Origin: Eledone cirrhosa
Taxonomy: Eukaryota
Reading direction: 5' to 3'
Assembly: GCA_964016885.1 (NCBI GenBank)
Contig: OZ024741.1
Coordinates: forward strand, 326,368,001 to 326,432,000
Length of the DNA stretch: 64,000 bases
The notes under the pieces are model-generated. The model saw only the letters and a list, made by a program, of their open reading frames with translations, searched no databases and was not told where the DNA came from. Shown here in pieces: positions 42,722 to 61,269 of the stretch. How positions within the stretch are numbered: the first letter of the stretch is position 1; each line of letters begins with the position of its first letter. Position numbers and translations under genes: made by a program.

Positions 42722-45256
42722 ATTTCGTTTCTGAATTTGTTTAGCAAGATTCTTTATCTGAAATCGTGTGTTGAAACCGATATTGTTATACTTTGGGAGG
42801 GTCATGTTGCCAATAAGAAACACACGCACCAGTTTCTTTCACTTCAATTTATTATATATTTAAAAATTTATAAATTTACAAATTTACAAACTTATAAATT
42901 TCTGGTTGGTTGGTTGGTTCTACAACCAGATAGTTGTTTATATATAGTCATAGTCCTTTCGTCACACACTCTGTGACCTCTTCAGTGACTGGGGATTCCT
43001 TTCTTCGTTTCTGTGCCTTTCCTTTCTTCTATCCTACGCCATGTTGTTTCTGTGTGTGTGTTGTGTGCTCAGTTTGCGCATGCGCCACATCCGGGTGTCT
43101 GTGTGTGTTTGTGTTCATTTATCTATTTGTTTATTTATTTATTTATTTATTGTTGGTTGGTTGTTTGTTCTATGTGTGTGTGTGTTTTCATTTTGTCCTG
43201 TGTGTGTTTTCATTTTGTGTGTGTTTTCATTTTGTCCTTAATTGTAAGTTGTTTGTTCTATGTGTGTGTGTGTTTTCATTTTGTCCTTAATTGTAAGTTG
43301 TGATGTTGCTGTTCCACTCATATTTTCTATTTAATTTTGGTTTTAATTCTTTTATGCTTACTGCCTCTGTAATTTGCCTAAACATTGCGTCTTTTCTGTG
43401 TGTGGATTCTATTTTTATTTCTATGCTCTCTAATCTACCCCTGTGTTCTATCTTAGCATGTTGGTAGAGCACAGATGATTCTTTACTATCTTGGAGGTCT
43501 CGCCAGTGTTCATTTATTCGTTCCCCTATACTACGAGCTGTCTCACCTATGTACACTATATTTTTGTTTCTACATTGTCCTTCAGTACATCTTATGCTAT
43601 ACACTACATTTCTAGTTTTACAGTTAATATGGGGGCTTATTTTACAGGTTATACATTTCTTATGAGGGTCTTTGGAACGGGTATGTCTTGCTAATAAGTG
43701 TTTTTACGGAGGTACCAGGTCTTTCTACTATCTTAATATTGAGATTATGTTTATTTAGGGTCCTTCTAAATTTGTAGGCTAGTTCGCCTCTAGGGGTTGT
43801 ATTGATGAACATTACACTCTGGTATTTATGGCTATCATACCATGAGTTTATTCTATTGGCCTTGTTCCTAGTTCTTTCTATTCTATTCCAAAATTTGCTC
43901 CTATACAAGGGGCAGGTCCCATTTATGTCATTATTTACCATTTTTTCCCATTTGGTTCTGGCTCCTTTATACACTCTGATTCTATCTCTCGTATGCAGTT
44001 CTATCCACCGTATGCAGTTCTCTGGCTACAATCAGAGAGATAGAATCAGAGTGTATAAAGGAGCCAGAATGGGAAAAAATGGTAAATAATGACATAAATG
44101 GGACCTGCCCCTTGTATAGGAGCAAATTTTGGAATAGAATAGAAAGAACTAGGAACAAGGCCAATAGAATAAACTCATGGTATGATAGCAATAAATACCA
44201 GAGTGTAATGTTCATCAATACAATCCCTAGAGGCGAACTAGCCTACAAATTTAGAAGGACCCTAAATAAACATAATCTCAATATTAAGATAGTAGAAAGA
44301 CCTGGTACCTCCGTAAAAACACTTATTAGCAAGGCCTACCCGTTCCAAAGACCCTCATGTATAGATAAGAAATGGATAACCTGTAAAATAAGCCCCCATA
44401 TTAACTGTAAAACTAGAAATGTAGTGTATAGCATAAGATGTACTGAAGGACAATGTAGAAACAAAAATATAGTGTACATAGGTGAGACAGCTCGTAGTAT
44501 AGGGGAACGAATAAATGAACACTGGCGAGACCTCCAAGATAATAAAGAATCATCTGTGCTCTACCAACATGCTAAGATAGAACACAGGGGTAGATTAGAG
44601 AGCATAGAAATAAAAATAGAATCCACACACAGAAAAGACGCAATGTTTAGGCAAATTACAGAGGCAGTAAGCATAAAAGAATTAAAACCAAAATTAAATA
44701 GAAAATATGAGTGGAACAGCAACATCACAACTTACAATTAAGGACAAAATGAAAACACACACACACATAGAACAAACAACTTACAATTAAGGACAAAATG
44801 AAAACACACACAAAATGAAAACACACACAGGACAAAATGAAAACACACACACACATAGAACAAACAACCAACCAACAATAAATAAATAAATAAATAAATA
44901 AACAAATAGATAAATGAACACAAACACACACAGACACCCGGATGTGGCGCATGCGCAAACTGAGCACACAACACACACACAGAAACAAAATGGCGTAGGA
45001 TAGAAGAAAGGAAAGGCACAGAAACAAAGAAAGGAATCCCCAGTCACTGAAGAGGTCACAGAGTGTGTGACGAAAGGACTATGACTATATATAAACAACT
45101 TTCTGGTTGTAGAACCAACCAACCAACCAACCAGAAATTTATAAGTTTGTAAATTTGTAAATTTATAAATTTATAAATATATAATAAATTGAAGTGAAAG
45201 CAACTGGTGCGTGTGTTTCTTATTGGCAACATGACCCTCCCAAAGTATAACAATAT
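42722..45256. mobile_element. Fold-back Naiad-like PLE: two head-to-head copies of thumb end, GIY-YIG and pLTR
   Basis: Arms 42780-43990 and 44035-45256. ORF 44079-44741 CPLYRSK.W...NVVYSIRC...YIGETARSIGERINEH...RQITEAV...LNRKYEWN. Confidence 0.9.
45042..45086 (+). ncRNA. Minimal type I HHR (inverted copy 42946-42990)
   Basis: AGTCA-CTGAAGA-G-GTCACA gagtg TGTGAC-GAAA-GGAC-TA^-TGACT. Confidence 0.8.
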
Positions 45257-45279
45257 ATATATATATATATATATAGTTA

Positions 45280-46640
45280 TTGCTGAGTTTCTGAGTATCT
45301 GGTATTTGGAGGCCATGGGTTTAGCGTAGTGCGAGTGGAGAATTTGGGCCCTCTCGTCTGTAGTGTTAATCCAGATTTCCGTGTCTAATACAGGTAGTCT
45401 ACTGTTAGGGTGTTTGGATGGGTAGTCGCACTACGCTATACCCATGACCTCTAAATACCTGATACTCAAAAACTCAGCAATGTCCAGTAGTGCTAGGTTT
45501 AATATTCTGATCGCAGATTTGTTACGAGTGATGAAGAACGTGTCCCGCATGTGCGACCCAACAGAAATGGAAAGACATATCCAACACTTCATCAACCGCA
45601 TGCAGTCCTCTGGCTACAATCAAAAAGATAGAATCAGAGTATACAAAGGAGCCACGGAGAAGTATAGGACCCTCATAGAACTGGACATGAAAGGAATTTG
45701 CCCATTATACAGGAGCAAATCATGGAATAGCTTAGATAGGACTAAACATAAGATAGGGAAAGCCACCTCATGTCACGACAACCAGAGATACCAGAGTGTC
45801 ATGTTCGTGGAATCTACCCCTGGAGGGAAATTAGCTAACCAATGTAGAAAGGCCCCGAGAAAGACCCACTTAAAGGTTAAATTGGTAGAAAAGCCAAGAA
45901 CTATCATAAAATCCCTGATCAGCAAAACATAGCCTTTTAAGAAAACCCACTGTACTAATAGGAATGTGTTATATGTAAAGTAAACTCCCGGATAAACTGT
46001 AAAACTAGAAATGTAGTCTATAGCATAAGATGTACAGAGGGTACTTGCAGAAACATGACAACAACATACATAGGCGAGACAACTCGTAGCATAGATGAAA
46101 GGATAGACCAACAGTGGGGGGGGGGGGATTAAAAGGACAAAAAAACGGTTCAGTACTATACGAACACGGCAGACAAAGACATGACGGTAATATAGACAAC
46201 ATAGAAATTAAAATAATATCTAAACATTGAAATGACCCAGCAGGTAGGCATAACAGAGAGGCAAGCGAAATAGAGCTCAGAAGGCTAAAGCTAAACAGAA
46301 AAAATGAATGGAATAACAACACCCAAACAAACAATACTGAATTAAGAGAAATATCAATAAATAAATAAATAAATAAATATATATATATATATACACAAGC
46401 ACAATAACAACAAACACACATAAACACACGCTAGTAAGAATACTATAACCAAAACACAGTCTCCCAAACGCGAACACACACACCAAACACTATACACATA
46501 CGCAAACGCATGCGCAGAGAAGACAGAAATAAATAAATAAAGAGATAAAATAAAAATAGCGTAGACATACAATACAACAGGAGGAAACTAATAGTACAAC
46601 GGATGATGTTGCAGATGTGCAGCGTGATATGCTGTCGATA
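45280..46640 (+). mobile_element. Second, more decayed Naiad-like PLE with an inverted 5' RT-thumb piece (45280-45428, minus)
   Basis: Minus: DYPSKHPNSRLPVLDTEIW...HYAKPMASK. Plus ORF 45444-45932 NSAMS...RMQSSGY...CPLYRSKSW, then a broken GIY-YIG and a decayed HHR near 46600. Confidence 0.8.
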
Positions 46641-46889
46641 TATATATTTTTTTGAGAGTTCCTGCCATGAAGTGATTTGACTTGTCGACTTCGGATTGTT
46701 TTTTACAAATTCGTCGGATTATTTTCCCTATTATGGATACTTCAGAACATTTATTTGTTTTCCCTTCTTCTGCCTTTATGGATGTTGAGGGAAATTTGTG
46801 CTGTTTTCCCGTTGTTCTGAACATCTAAAGAAATTTCTGCATTCTTTCTACGTGAATATCGCTTACTTTTATACGTCCAAGTTGATATA

Positions 46890-48811
46890 GATTGACAATG
46901 AGTGGTTCTAATTTACCTGCGTTCTCAGGTGATCCCAAACTCTGGTTTGCACAACTCGACGCATATTTCGCTGCAAACGGAGTGAAAACAGAGCAGAAGC
47001 TCAACGTTTTGATAAGCGGCATTCCTTCTTCACTCGCTACAGCGGTGAAGGATTTGATAACGGACCCGTCGGCCGGTATTTCATATGATTCAATACTCGC
47101 CCAGAGAAACTAGACATCTCGACCTCATCTCTCAATTTACTAATGATATTCAACATATTCCGGGTTCTATGAATACAGCGGCCAACGCCCTGTTTCGTTT
47201 GCCGATTGCTTCGATCTCGTCGTCCGATGACATAGATTTTAATCGCTTGGCAGCCGATCAGCCTACCCTCGAATCGTTGGATGTTACATCGTCTGAATTT
47301 GTGAATTGCAGGATGAAATACCTACCATTATCGACCGCAGACGGATGGATCCTCTGCAACGTCTCTTTGGATACGCCACGCCCGTTTGTTCCGTTGAACC
47401 ATCGTCGAACTGTCTTTCTTGTTTTACACGGCATTTCACATCCAGGATCCTCTGCCAAAGTAAAACTCAATGGCTAGATTCTTCTGGCCAAATATGAGAC
47501 GTGATATTACTGTTTGGTGCCGTTCCTGTGTTGCTTGCTCGAAATCAAAAGTTCACATGCATGTTAAGACTCCTCTAGGTACTTTTAGTAACCCGGACGC
47601 TCGGTTTCGCCACATTCATGTGGGACATCGTGGGACCTTGGCCAATCAGCCGTGGTCATAATTACATATTGACTGTTATCGATCGTTTTTCGCGATGGCC
47701 TGAAGCCATCGCTTTGAAAGATATCACTGCTGAGACGACAGCGCGTGCCCTTGTGTCTGGATGGATCGCTCGATATGGAGTACCAACGTCAATTACCACG
47801 GACCGTGGAAGGCAGTTTGAATCGAATCTCTCCCATGAATTAACGAAAATCATCGGCGCTAAACGCATGCGAACGACTGCATATGATCCTGCCTCTAATG
47901 GAATGGTGGAGCGTTTCCATCGACAACTAAAAGCCGCTCTACGGACTTCTCCTGACTTTACGCGTTGGAGCGAGTACCTCCCTATTGTGTTGTTGGCGAT
48001 TCGGTCAACAATAAAGGAGGACCTTGGGTTTCTCCCCGGCCGAATTATTATATGGTGCTCCTGTAGCGTTGCCTGGGCAAATGCTTGCCCCTGTCGATCT
48101 TGCTGCACAAGATCCGCTTTCCTACGTATCCCGTCTGCGTTCTTATTTTCAGGACCTACCGCCGATGGATACGAGGAAGCAAACTATAAAATCTGCAGTC
48201 CCGAGGGATATTGCCTCGTGGACCCATGTGTTTGTGAGAAACGATGCTGTGAGACCACCTCTCACACAACCATACTCTGGACCCTACCGTGTATTAGCTC
48301 GTTCCGAGAAACATTTCACTGTATACATTAAGGGTTCCAGAGAGACGGTTTCTATTGATCGACTCAAACGAGCACATTTGGACACAGACGCTATCACACC
48401 TGAGCCACAAACGCCACCGTCTTTTTCTTTCGCACACACACCTGCATCTTCGTCCTAACATCACCAAGATATAAGACTACGACCCGTTCCGGTCGGAGGG
48501 TTCATTGGCCCAAAAAACTGTGTAGCACTGTATATTTTTAAGCTGCAATTGTGTGGCGCTTTAATCCTGTATTTCCTATTTGAACTATTTGAACTTTTAA
48601 AAATTGTATTTACATTTTATTATAATTTTTATGTTTCTCCTTCTTGCATGCATATTTCATATGTTCTTTTGAAATTTGATGTGCCCTTCATGCTCGGTTG
48701 GGTTGATTGCTCCTTGGTTTGGGGTTTTTGCTAGTATCTCATCGTTTTTCTACATACATGGTCCGATGAACCGATTTTTATTTCCTTTTCTAAAAATCTG
48801 GTGGGAGGCCA
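46890..48811 (+). mobile_element. Ty3/Gypsy LTR retrotransposon internal remnant: gag N-terminus fused to RNase H end and integrase
   Basis: LPAFSGDPKLWFAQLDAYF; SPRETRHLDLISQF..IQHIPG; HGISHPG..CVAC; [33 protein letters not shown]; frameshifted. Polypurine-like GGTGGGAGG before the LTR. Confidence 0.9.
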
Positions 48812-49137
48812 TGTAGAAGATCACGCCACCTAGCTTTGACTTTGGAGGCAGTCGATTAACTGCCCTTAGTTCTGACGTCACGTTCTGACGTCAATGGCTG
48901 AATACACTTTCCTTCGACTTCGTGTCTTGATGCCAGCAGACGCATTTCACTGTGGCAAAACAGCGATATTGCACCATGCGGTCACGGGATATTTGAACAC
49001 CGCCGCGAAATGATAATTACGAATTACCAATCAAGGAGCAACTTATATGATAACCTGTTTTGTTTATTGCTTTGATTAAAATTCTCATGTACATATAATC
49101 TCGAGGAATGTTCTTTTTGCTTAATTGTTTACCTACA
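48812..49137 (+). repeat. 3' LTR of the Gypsy element
   Basis: TGTAG...CTACA inverted termini directly after the PPT; ATTAAA near 49075. No 5' LTR seen. Confidence 0.7.
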
Positions 49138-49245
49138 CCTAACAACAAATAGAAGAGATGTCCTAGCAGCTAAGCTAGGGAAACGAACTCCCCTCTAAAT
49201 CGTAAAACAACGCAGCCTTCTAAAATGGCGACCATCGCTCCTAAA

Positions 49246-49701
49246 TGTATGTACGTATACGTACTTATATTTAAGTATCAGCCGTACTAAGAGTGAGAAA
49301 TGAAATTTCATTTCATTCTTTTCCATTTATCGTTTTAGGTACGCCCGGCCGACTAACTCACCCGATATGCAAATTAGGCTGCTCAGCCGTTAATATACAT
49401 AAGGAAAGTATATACTTTCAAACGTTCAATCATTTGACAGGAAGGTATACGATGTTGACGATAGCTAATAAGCTTGAAACTAGTTCATCTTTCCTTTGTC
49501 AGTGTCGAACAAAAGGGCGACAATGGTTGCCGGACACTGTATGGCTTAATTGGGGCTGTTTGTTTACAAACAAACCGAGCATTATAATAAATGTTCGGCA
49601 AACCCATACGTACATATATATATGTGTGCATGTATATATATATACATACTACTGTACGTCTGTATACATATATGTATGTACGTATACATACTTATATTTA
49701 A
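49246..49701 (+). mobile_element. Second copy of the 11.2-kb retrozyme-like unit with decayed HHR (49450-49489)
   Basis: Homologous throughout; about 30-nt terminal direct repeat; core reads TTGACGA...GAAA-CTAG-TT. Confidence 0.7.
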
Positions 49702-54712
<5,011 letters not shown>

Positions 54713-55323
54713 AAGGCAACCGCGGATTAATTTTAAAGACCATAAAAGAAATTTCGAAGAGGACTTACCTATTAGACTTATTTCACCTTCGAAATCTGAC
54801 CTTGGAATAATTAGTTAAAACATAATAGATATGATTTTTCCAACCTTAAAATTGAGGTCAAGGCTTAACTTATGGAAGGGCTCTAGTGAAGTGATAGATT
54901 GGTTCAATAATATCGAAAATAAGAAAAAATTATAAATTCATTCAAATAGACGTAACGAATTATTACTCCTCAATAACTCCTAACCTATTAAATAAGGCGC
55001 TTTCATATGCATATAAACACACGGATCTATCTAGTGACGAGATTAATATTATTTTAACGACAAGGCGAACCTTGATTGACTTTAATAATGATATTTGGAC
55101 ACGATGTGATAGGCAGAAATATTTCGACATTACTATGGGCTCGTCCGATTCTACGCAAGTTAGCGATCTTGTGGGAATTTTAATCCTTAGTATGATAAAT
55201 AGAAAACTGCCGGAGATTACCGGTGGTTTATATAGAGACGACATATTATTTACTGTAGTTAGACATAATAATAGCGAATCAAATAGAGTAAAGAAAGTAA
55301 TTATAGAATTCTTTAAAAATTAT

Positions 55324-55513
55324 TGTTTTACTTTTGGCACAAGGCCATCAAATACCCAGTACATTACTGGTACTTTATTTTATCGACCCCGTAAGGAGGA
55401 AAGGCAAAGTTAACCTCGGCGGGATTTAAACTCAGACCGTAAAGGGATGTAACTATGCTGGAAAGCATGGCGTCCGACCCTCTACCGATACTGCCAATCC
55501 ACCACCCTTTAAA
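55324..55513 (-). mobile_element. SINE inserted in PLE RT with a 17-bp TSD
   Basis: AATTCTTTAAAAATTAT at 55307-55323 and 55514-55530; the RT frame resumes afterwards. Confidence 0.88.
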
Positions 55514-56721
55514 AATTCTTTAAAAATTATGACCTGAAATTAGAAGTAGAAAATAACAATAAAATAGTCATTTTTTTAGATGTAACCCTTAATTTAAACT
55601 CAAGCCTGTATCACCCCTTCCATAAACTCAATGAAAACCTAAGTTATCTTAGCTTTTACTCTAATTATCCTAAAAGTGTTAAAAATTCAATAGTCAATAG
55701 TGTCCACTAACGAATATCCAGACTATCTGCTAATAGATCCATTTTTAATAGTAAAGCTGGATATTATAACGAAACGTAACATAAAGCAGGATATAAAAAT
55801 AATATTGAATATGTAGAACAAAATAATATTAATTATAAACACAATATTCATAATAATAATAATAAAAATAAAACTGACTGTAAAAATAACAACTTGAGGA
55901 ATAAATCGAGGAAAAAAATTAGGACTAGATCTATAATTTGGTATGCTCCACCAGCATTTTTAGCTATTAAAACACCTTTAGCACATTTATTCTTTAAAAC
56001 CTTGGATAAATCTTTCCCTAGATCACACAATATTACTCTATCTTCGATAGATACACAGTTAAACTCTCTTATTCAACAACTAAGAATTTTGTTCAAAAAA
56101 TTGCAAACATTAATAGCATATAATTAGTTATAATAACAATAATAATAATAATAATACATTAGTTAATGTGAATAACAATAACAATAGTTTAAATACGAAT
56201 AATAGTAGAACACCTAGAAATAATAATGATAATACGAATAGTTTAGGTTATAGAAATAACATGGAATTGAACTGTAACTGTAGAAGGATATCTGAATGCC
56301 CTTTACAAAATAATTGTCTTGACAAGAATTTAGTATGTAAATGTACCATTAAGACAAATAATAATAATACTTATAACTACATAGGTGCCACTTCATCGAA
56401 CATTAAGTTTCGTTTTTCCAATCACAAACATACTTTCTCTAATCCAGATAAAACATTTTCTACTTCATTATCACAATTAATATGGTCTTTAAAAGAGAAA
56501 AATATTATTATTAAAAACTCAATTTCTTACCAAATTGTAATCTTTGCAATTTGGAAACGCTATTAATAATTACCGATTATGGTAATTTAATTAATAAGAA
56601 AAAAGAATTTTTCGGAACTTGTCTACATAAGTCTGGAAAAACATTTCAAGCATTATACAAATTTAGAAAAAAATACCGACTATGAAGAAAAAATATTGAC
56701 TATTTTTAATAATTCTTGAAA

Positions 56722-56752
<31 letters not shown>

Positions 56753-56754
<2 letters not shown>

Positions 56755-59316
56755 AGCTGCATTTATCTTGCTTTATGTTCATACGAGTTATCACCAAGTC
56801 ACAACCAGTGACCTCAAGAGACAACAAGGTCCGCCATGTTCAAGAAAGCACATACATACTCACACATGCATCTTTAGGTATTTAGACTTGTGATGTACTT
56901 ATATTGACAGAATCTTCCTTAGTATATGGGCAGTTCCCATTAGTACTATCTTTTGTATTTCTCCTATACGCGGGTTTCCTGGGATTTGCGATAAGTAATC
57001 ATTAGACCCCTTAGGTATCATTCCTAGAGCGCCTACAACCACTGGTATTGTTTTAGTTCTCAATTTCCACATTTTTCCAATTTCTATCTCCAGGTCCTTA
57101 TACTTGCTCAATTTTTCAAATGTTTTTATAGATACATTCTTGTCTATTGGAACGGACATATCAATTAGCAGGCATACCCTCTTTTTAAAGTCCTTCAATA
57201 TTATATCAGGTCTATTTGCATCTATTTTTCGGTCTGTTTGGATGCTAAAGTTCCACAAGATTGAGATGTGATCTTTTTCAAGTATGGGAGGTGGTTGTTG
57301 CTCCCACCAATTCTTTTAATGGGGCAGGTCAAAATGCTTACACATTATCCAATGTATGTATTGTGCAGCTCTGTCATGCCTGTTTAGGTATTCAGTTGGA
57401 GCTATAGGACTGCTGCACATTGAAATTATATGGTCAATGGTCTCTGGTTGTTTTTTACATACACGGCATAATGGGCTGCATCCATTTTTTATTATGTTGG
57501 CTTGGTAATTTTTTGTTGGCAGACACTGATCTTGTGCTGATATAATCAGTCCTTCAGTCTCCGATTTCAGTCCAGAGGATGCCAACCACTGATGGGTTAA
57601 AGTTTTGTCAACATCAGGATTGTTAGCTCGTTCTGGGTATTTTCCATACAGAGGCTTTTCTTGCCATTTCTTAGCCAGTTTCTGTAGCAGTTCTTTCTTT
57701 GCAGTTACTTTTACCTGCTTTGCTTTTTCTGTGTTTTCCATTTCAGCAGTAAATGGGACTTCTGAAATTTGTAGTCCATTACTGTATCTTTGTGCATCTT
57801 TTGTAATGGAGTATGATCTTTTGATGCTTTCGTGTTTCAAAACGAGTTTGATCATCCAATCATGTGATTCCATTAGATATGTAGATAATCCAATTGTTGC
57901 AGTTTTCAACGCAATGTCTAACTGGATTGACCCACGTCCTCCTTCTTTCCTAGGGAGATATATTATATCTGTATCTGCCTTAGGGTGATGCATTCTTTGC
58001 ATGGTTAAGAATTTTCGAATTTTTGTATCGAGCCTACGGATCTCTGTGCGTGATCAGTTGATGACATTGAAACTGTAGGTTACTTCCGGTATGGCAAGCG
58101 TGTTTATGGCATTGATCCTATTCCTTGCATTCAATTCCGTTCTTAAGATTGCTCTTACTCTGCGGTAACATTCCTTCCTTATCCTTTCCCTCATTGTCGA
58201 GTGCTTTCATTCCGTTTCCTTCACAAACACCTAGATATTTGTAAGTTTCCTCTTGATCAAGTTCTCTTATCACATTCCCCTGATGAAGATTAATGTCTGA
58301 ACTTTTCAGCAGCTTTCCTCTGGTGAACGTTGCTTTGGCGCATATATCTAGTCCAAACTCCATTTTAATGTCATCACTGAACTGCCCCACAGTGGATAAT
58401 AGCCCTTGCAATTGTTCATCATTTTTTGAAAATAGTTTCAGGTCATCCATGTAGAACAAGTGATTAATGCTTTTGTCATAGACTTTATATCCATGTCTTG
58501 TTTCATTGAGCATTTTACTTAATGGTATAAGTGCGATGCAGAATAAAAGCGGTGATAAAGAGTCACCCTGAAACATTCCACAATTAATATTAACATCTCC
58601 AGCTTCCAGTGATTTTGTTTCACTATTCAAAAGGAGTGTCGTTTTCCATGTCTTCATACTGAATGGCAAAAACCTCCTGACAACGGGAGATATTTTGAAA
58701 ATCTCTAAACATTTTTCAATCCAACTGTGTGACAAACTATCGAATGCATTTTTATAATCTATCCAAGCAATTGATAGATTTTTGTGTCTATTATGACAAT
58801 CTTCCAGTATCATTTTGTTAACCAAAAGCTGATCCTTACAGCCATATGAGCCTCGTTTACACCCTTTCTGCTCAATGGGAAATAGGTCATTTGTTATCAG
58901 GTGGTCATATGTATATTCAGTTAGGACTGATGTTAACATTTTATACATTGTGGTCAAGCAAGTTATCGGTCTGTAATTTTTGGGATTGTTTGTCTCATCA
59001 TTCTTCGGAAGCTGGAATGTAATGCCGTTAACTAGCCATGATTGGTATCTTTTCTGGCACCTTAACTATTTCATTGTAAAGTTGGGCTAACAGCTCATGA
59101 GACTCTGGGAAGGCATTTATCCAAAAAATTTGTATTTTGTCTTTTCCTGGGGATTTCCATTTGCTGGTTTTTCTTAGAGCCAAACGCAACTGTTCAACTG
59201 TTATATTTTCCCATATTTGTTCCTCAAGGTGAGCTGTATCTTTCATTTGTCTGTCTATCCATGGGGGCATGTATATTATGAACTTTTTCTTCGTCCCAGA
59301 TATTTTCCCAGAATTC
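56753..59316 (-). mobile_element. R4/Dong-clade non-LTR retrotransposon, 5'-truncated
   Basis: WKSPGKD; AWIDYKNAFDS; QGDSLSPLLFC; HLFYMDDLK; CRVC..ETIDHIISMC; RHD; RPDI...LIDMSVP...EKLSKY. Flanked by (TAA)n on both sides. Confidence 0.92.
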
Positions 59317-59429
59317 TTCTTCTTCTTCTTCTTCTTCTTCTTCTTCTTCTTCTTCTTCTTCTTCTTCTTCTTCTTCTTCTTCTTCTTCTTCTTCTTCTTC
59401 TTCTTCTTCTTCTTCTTCTTCTTCTTCTT

Positions 59430-59492
<63 letters not shown>
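59314..59492. repeat. (TTC)n followed by (TTA)n
   Basis: Direct reading. Confidence 0.97.
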
Positions 59493-59494
<2 letters not shown>

Positions 59495-60631
59495 GGTTTG
59501 CCTTACCTTAGAAATTGTATATCGTTTTTATATAGTAAATTAATGTCATGATGAGACTCAGTATCCTAAGATCGGATTTAGAATGGTCATTATATAACTA
59601 GAAATTTCTGAATTTGTGGTTTGAAATATCTTTGGCTTTCAAAGTACTTAAATATCATAAATGATCACACAAGTTGAACGACTTATCCTCCATTGTTTAC
59701 ATTCTTCGTAAATAATGTTTTATCCGAATGGATTGATAATGTATATTTAATATGATTTTTTCAGTTTAATAAAATACGAAAATTCCTTAAAGGGAAACTA
59801 TATATAATAAGATGTAATTATAGAAGTAAAATCGAAATAATAATACTTTTAAGAGTAAATATAACTACTTATTAATCCTGTAATGAAATGACAACCAATG
59901 AATTGAAATGATTTTATAATGAAAATAGAATAATTCAGATAATAATACTTAACATTATACAAAATACATATACTGATGGTGATATATGCATAGGTTTTAG
60001 AAAAATATCCTTATACATATTTAATATGTATTTAAACTTGCTTTATAGATAAAAATGTTTTTGAATTTTGTAACAAAATATTTAGTAAATATGTTAATTA
60101 AACTATCTTTATGATTATCATAGAAAATATTTTTATATTGTTTAATTTTGATATAATATATTAGTATAATTAGCTTAAATATAACCAAATACAAAAGATA
60201 TTAAAAAGTGTCATGGTATTTAATTGGTCATTTCTATTTGACTTAATATTTGAAAACAACGGTCACGCATCATTTCTCTTTCTTCCTTATTTCTTTCTTT
60301 CTTTCTTTCTTTCTTTCCTTTTTGCAGTTACGTCTTTCTTCTCTCTTCTATCTCTCTCTCTCTCTCATTTCCTTTTCTTCCCGAACACGTATATTTACGC
60401 ATTTAAATATTTATATATGTATGTATTTATTTATTTATTTCTTCTTGCATTTTCTCATACTCACACCCTCATTATACCCATATCTCGCTCCACATCCTTT
60501 TCTTCATTAAATTTAAGTTTATCATGTTATTATTTGTGGTATATAAATGTTGAGATTTGTTGTAATAAATCACTGCCAATACTGGAATTGAACCATCAAG
60601 ACCGTTGAGGTATGTCATACATCAATTCATG

Positions 60632-60697
60632 TATTTTATCTGACGAGGACGTACTGAAAAAACAGCACAGTACCTTCGAAATATATATAATAAAATA
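60632..60697 (+). ncRNA. Type I HHR
   Basis: TATTTTAT-CTGACGA-GGA-C-GTACTG...CAGTAC-C-TTC-GAAA-TATATA-TA^-ATAAAATA. Confidence 0.85.
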
Positions 60698-60839
60698 TAT
60701 ATTTTGATTATATGAATGTCTTCATTTATTAATATTTTGAATAATATTAATAACTCCAGAAAATTTTTCTTGTAGAGTGATTTTAATCTATTGTAAAACT
60801 ATATTCATTGAGTAATCAATGAACCATATTAATCTTTGG

Positions 60840-60870
<31 letters not shown>

Positions 60871-60915
60871 GTATGTATATATATATATATATATATTGTG
60901 TATTGTATTTTTCAT

Positions 60916-60949
<34 letters not shown>

Positions 60950-61269
60950 GTATTGTATTTTTCATATCATCATCGTAATTATTATTATCATTTTTAGTAG
61001 TAGTATCAGCACCAGATTCAGGTCACTCTTGAGTGCTACTGGTAACATGTAAACGAATACAATCTGTCGCATGGTCGGGTCGTCGGCAACTAAACTGGCA
61101 ACTCCACCAAGTTTACTTGGTGAGGAGGGTGATTTTGGACACCCTACAGGACAAAAAACAAAATATGACAAAGGGCGGAAGAACTCATAGGTGTCAACGG
61201 CTATCCCAAAATGTGTGAATGTGTATATACATGTACATATGTATGTGTATGTGTATGCGTGTATATATA

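Noticed and set aside
44079-46320. Selenoprotein-type Naiad (in-frame UGA plus SECIS)
   Set aside because: The Cys positions are TGT/TGC (one TGG variant), ORF 44079-44741 has no in-frame TGA, and I saw no SECIS-like hairpin.
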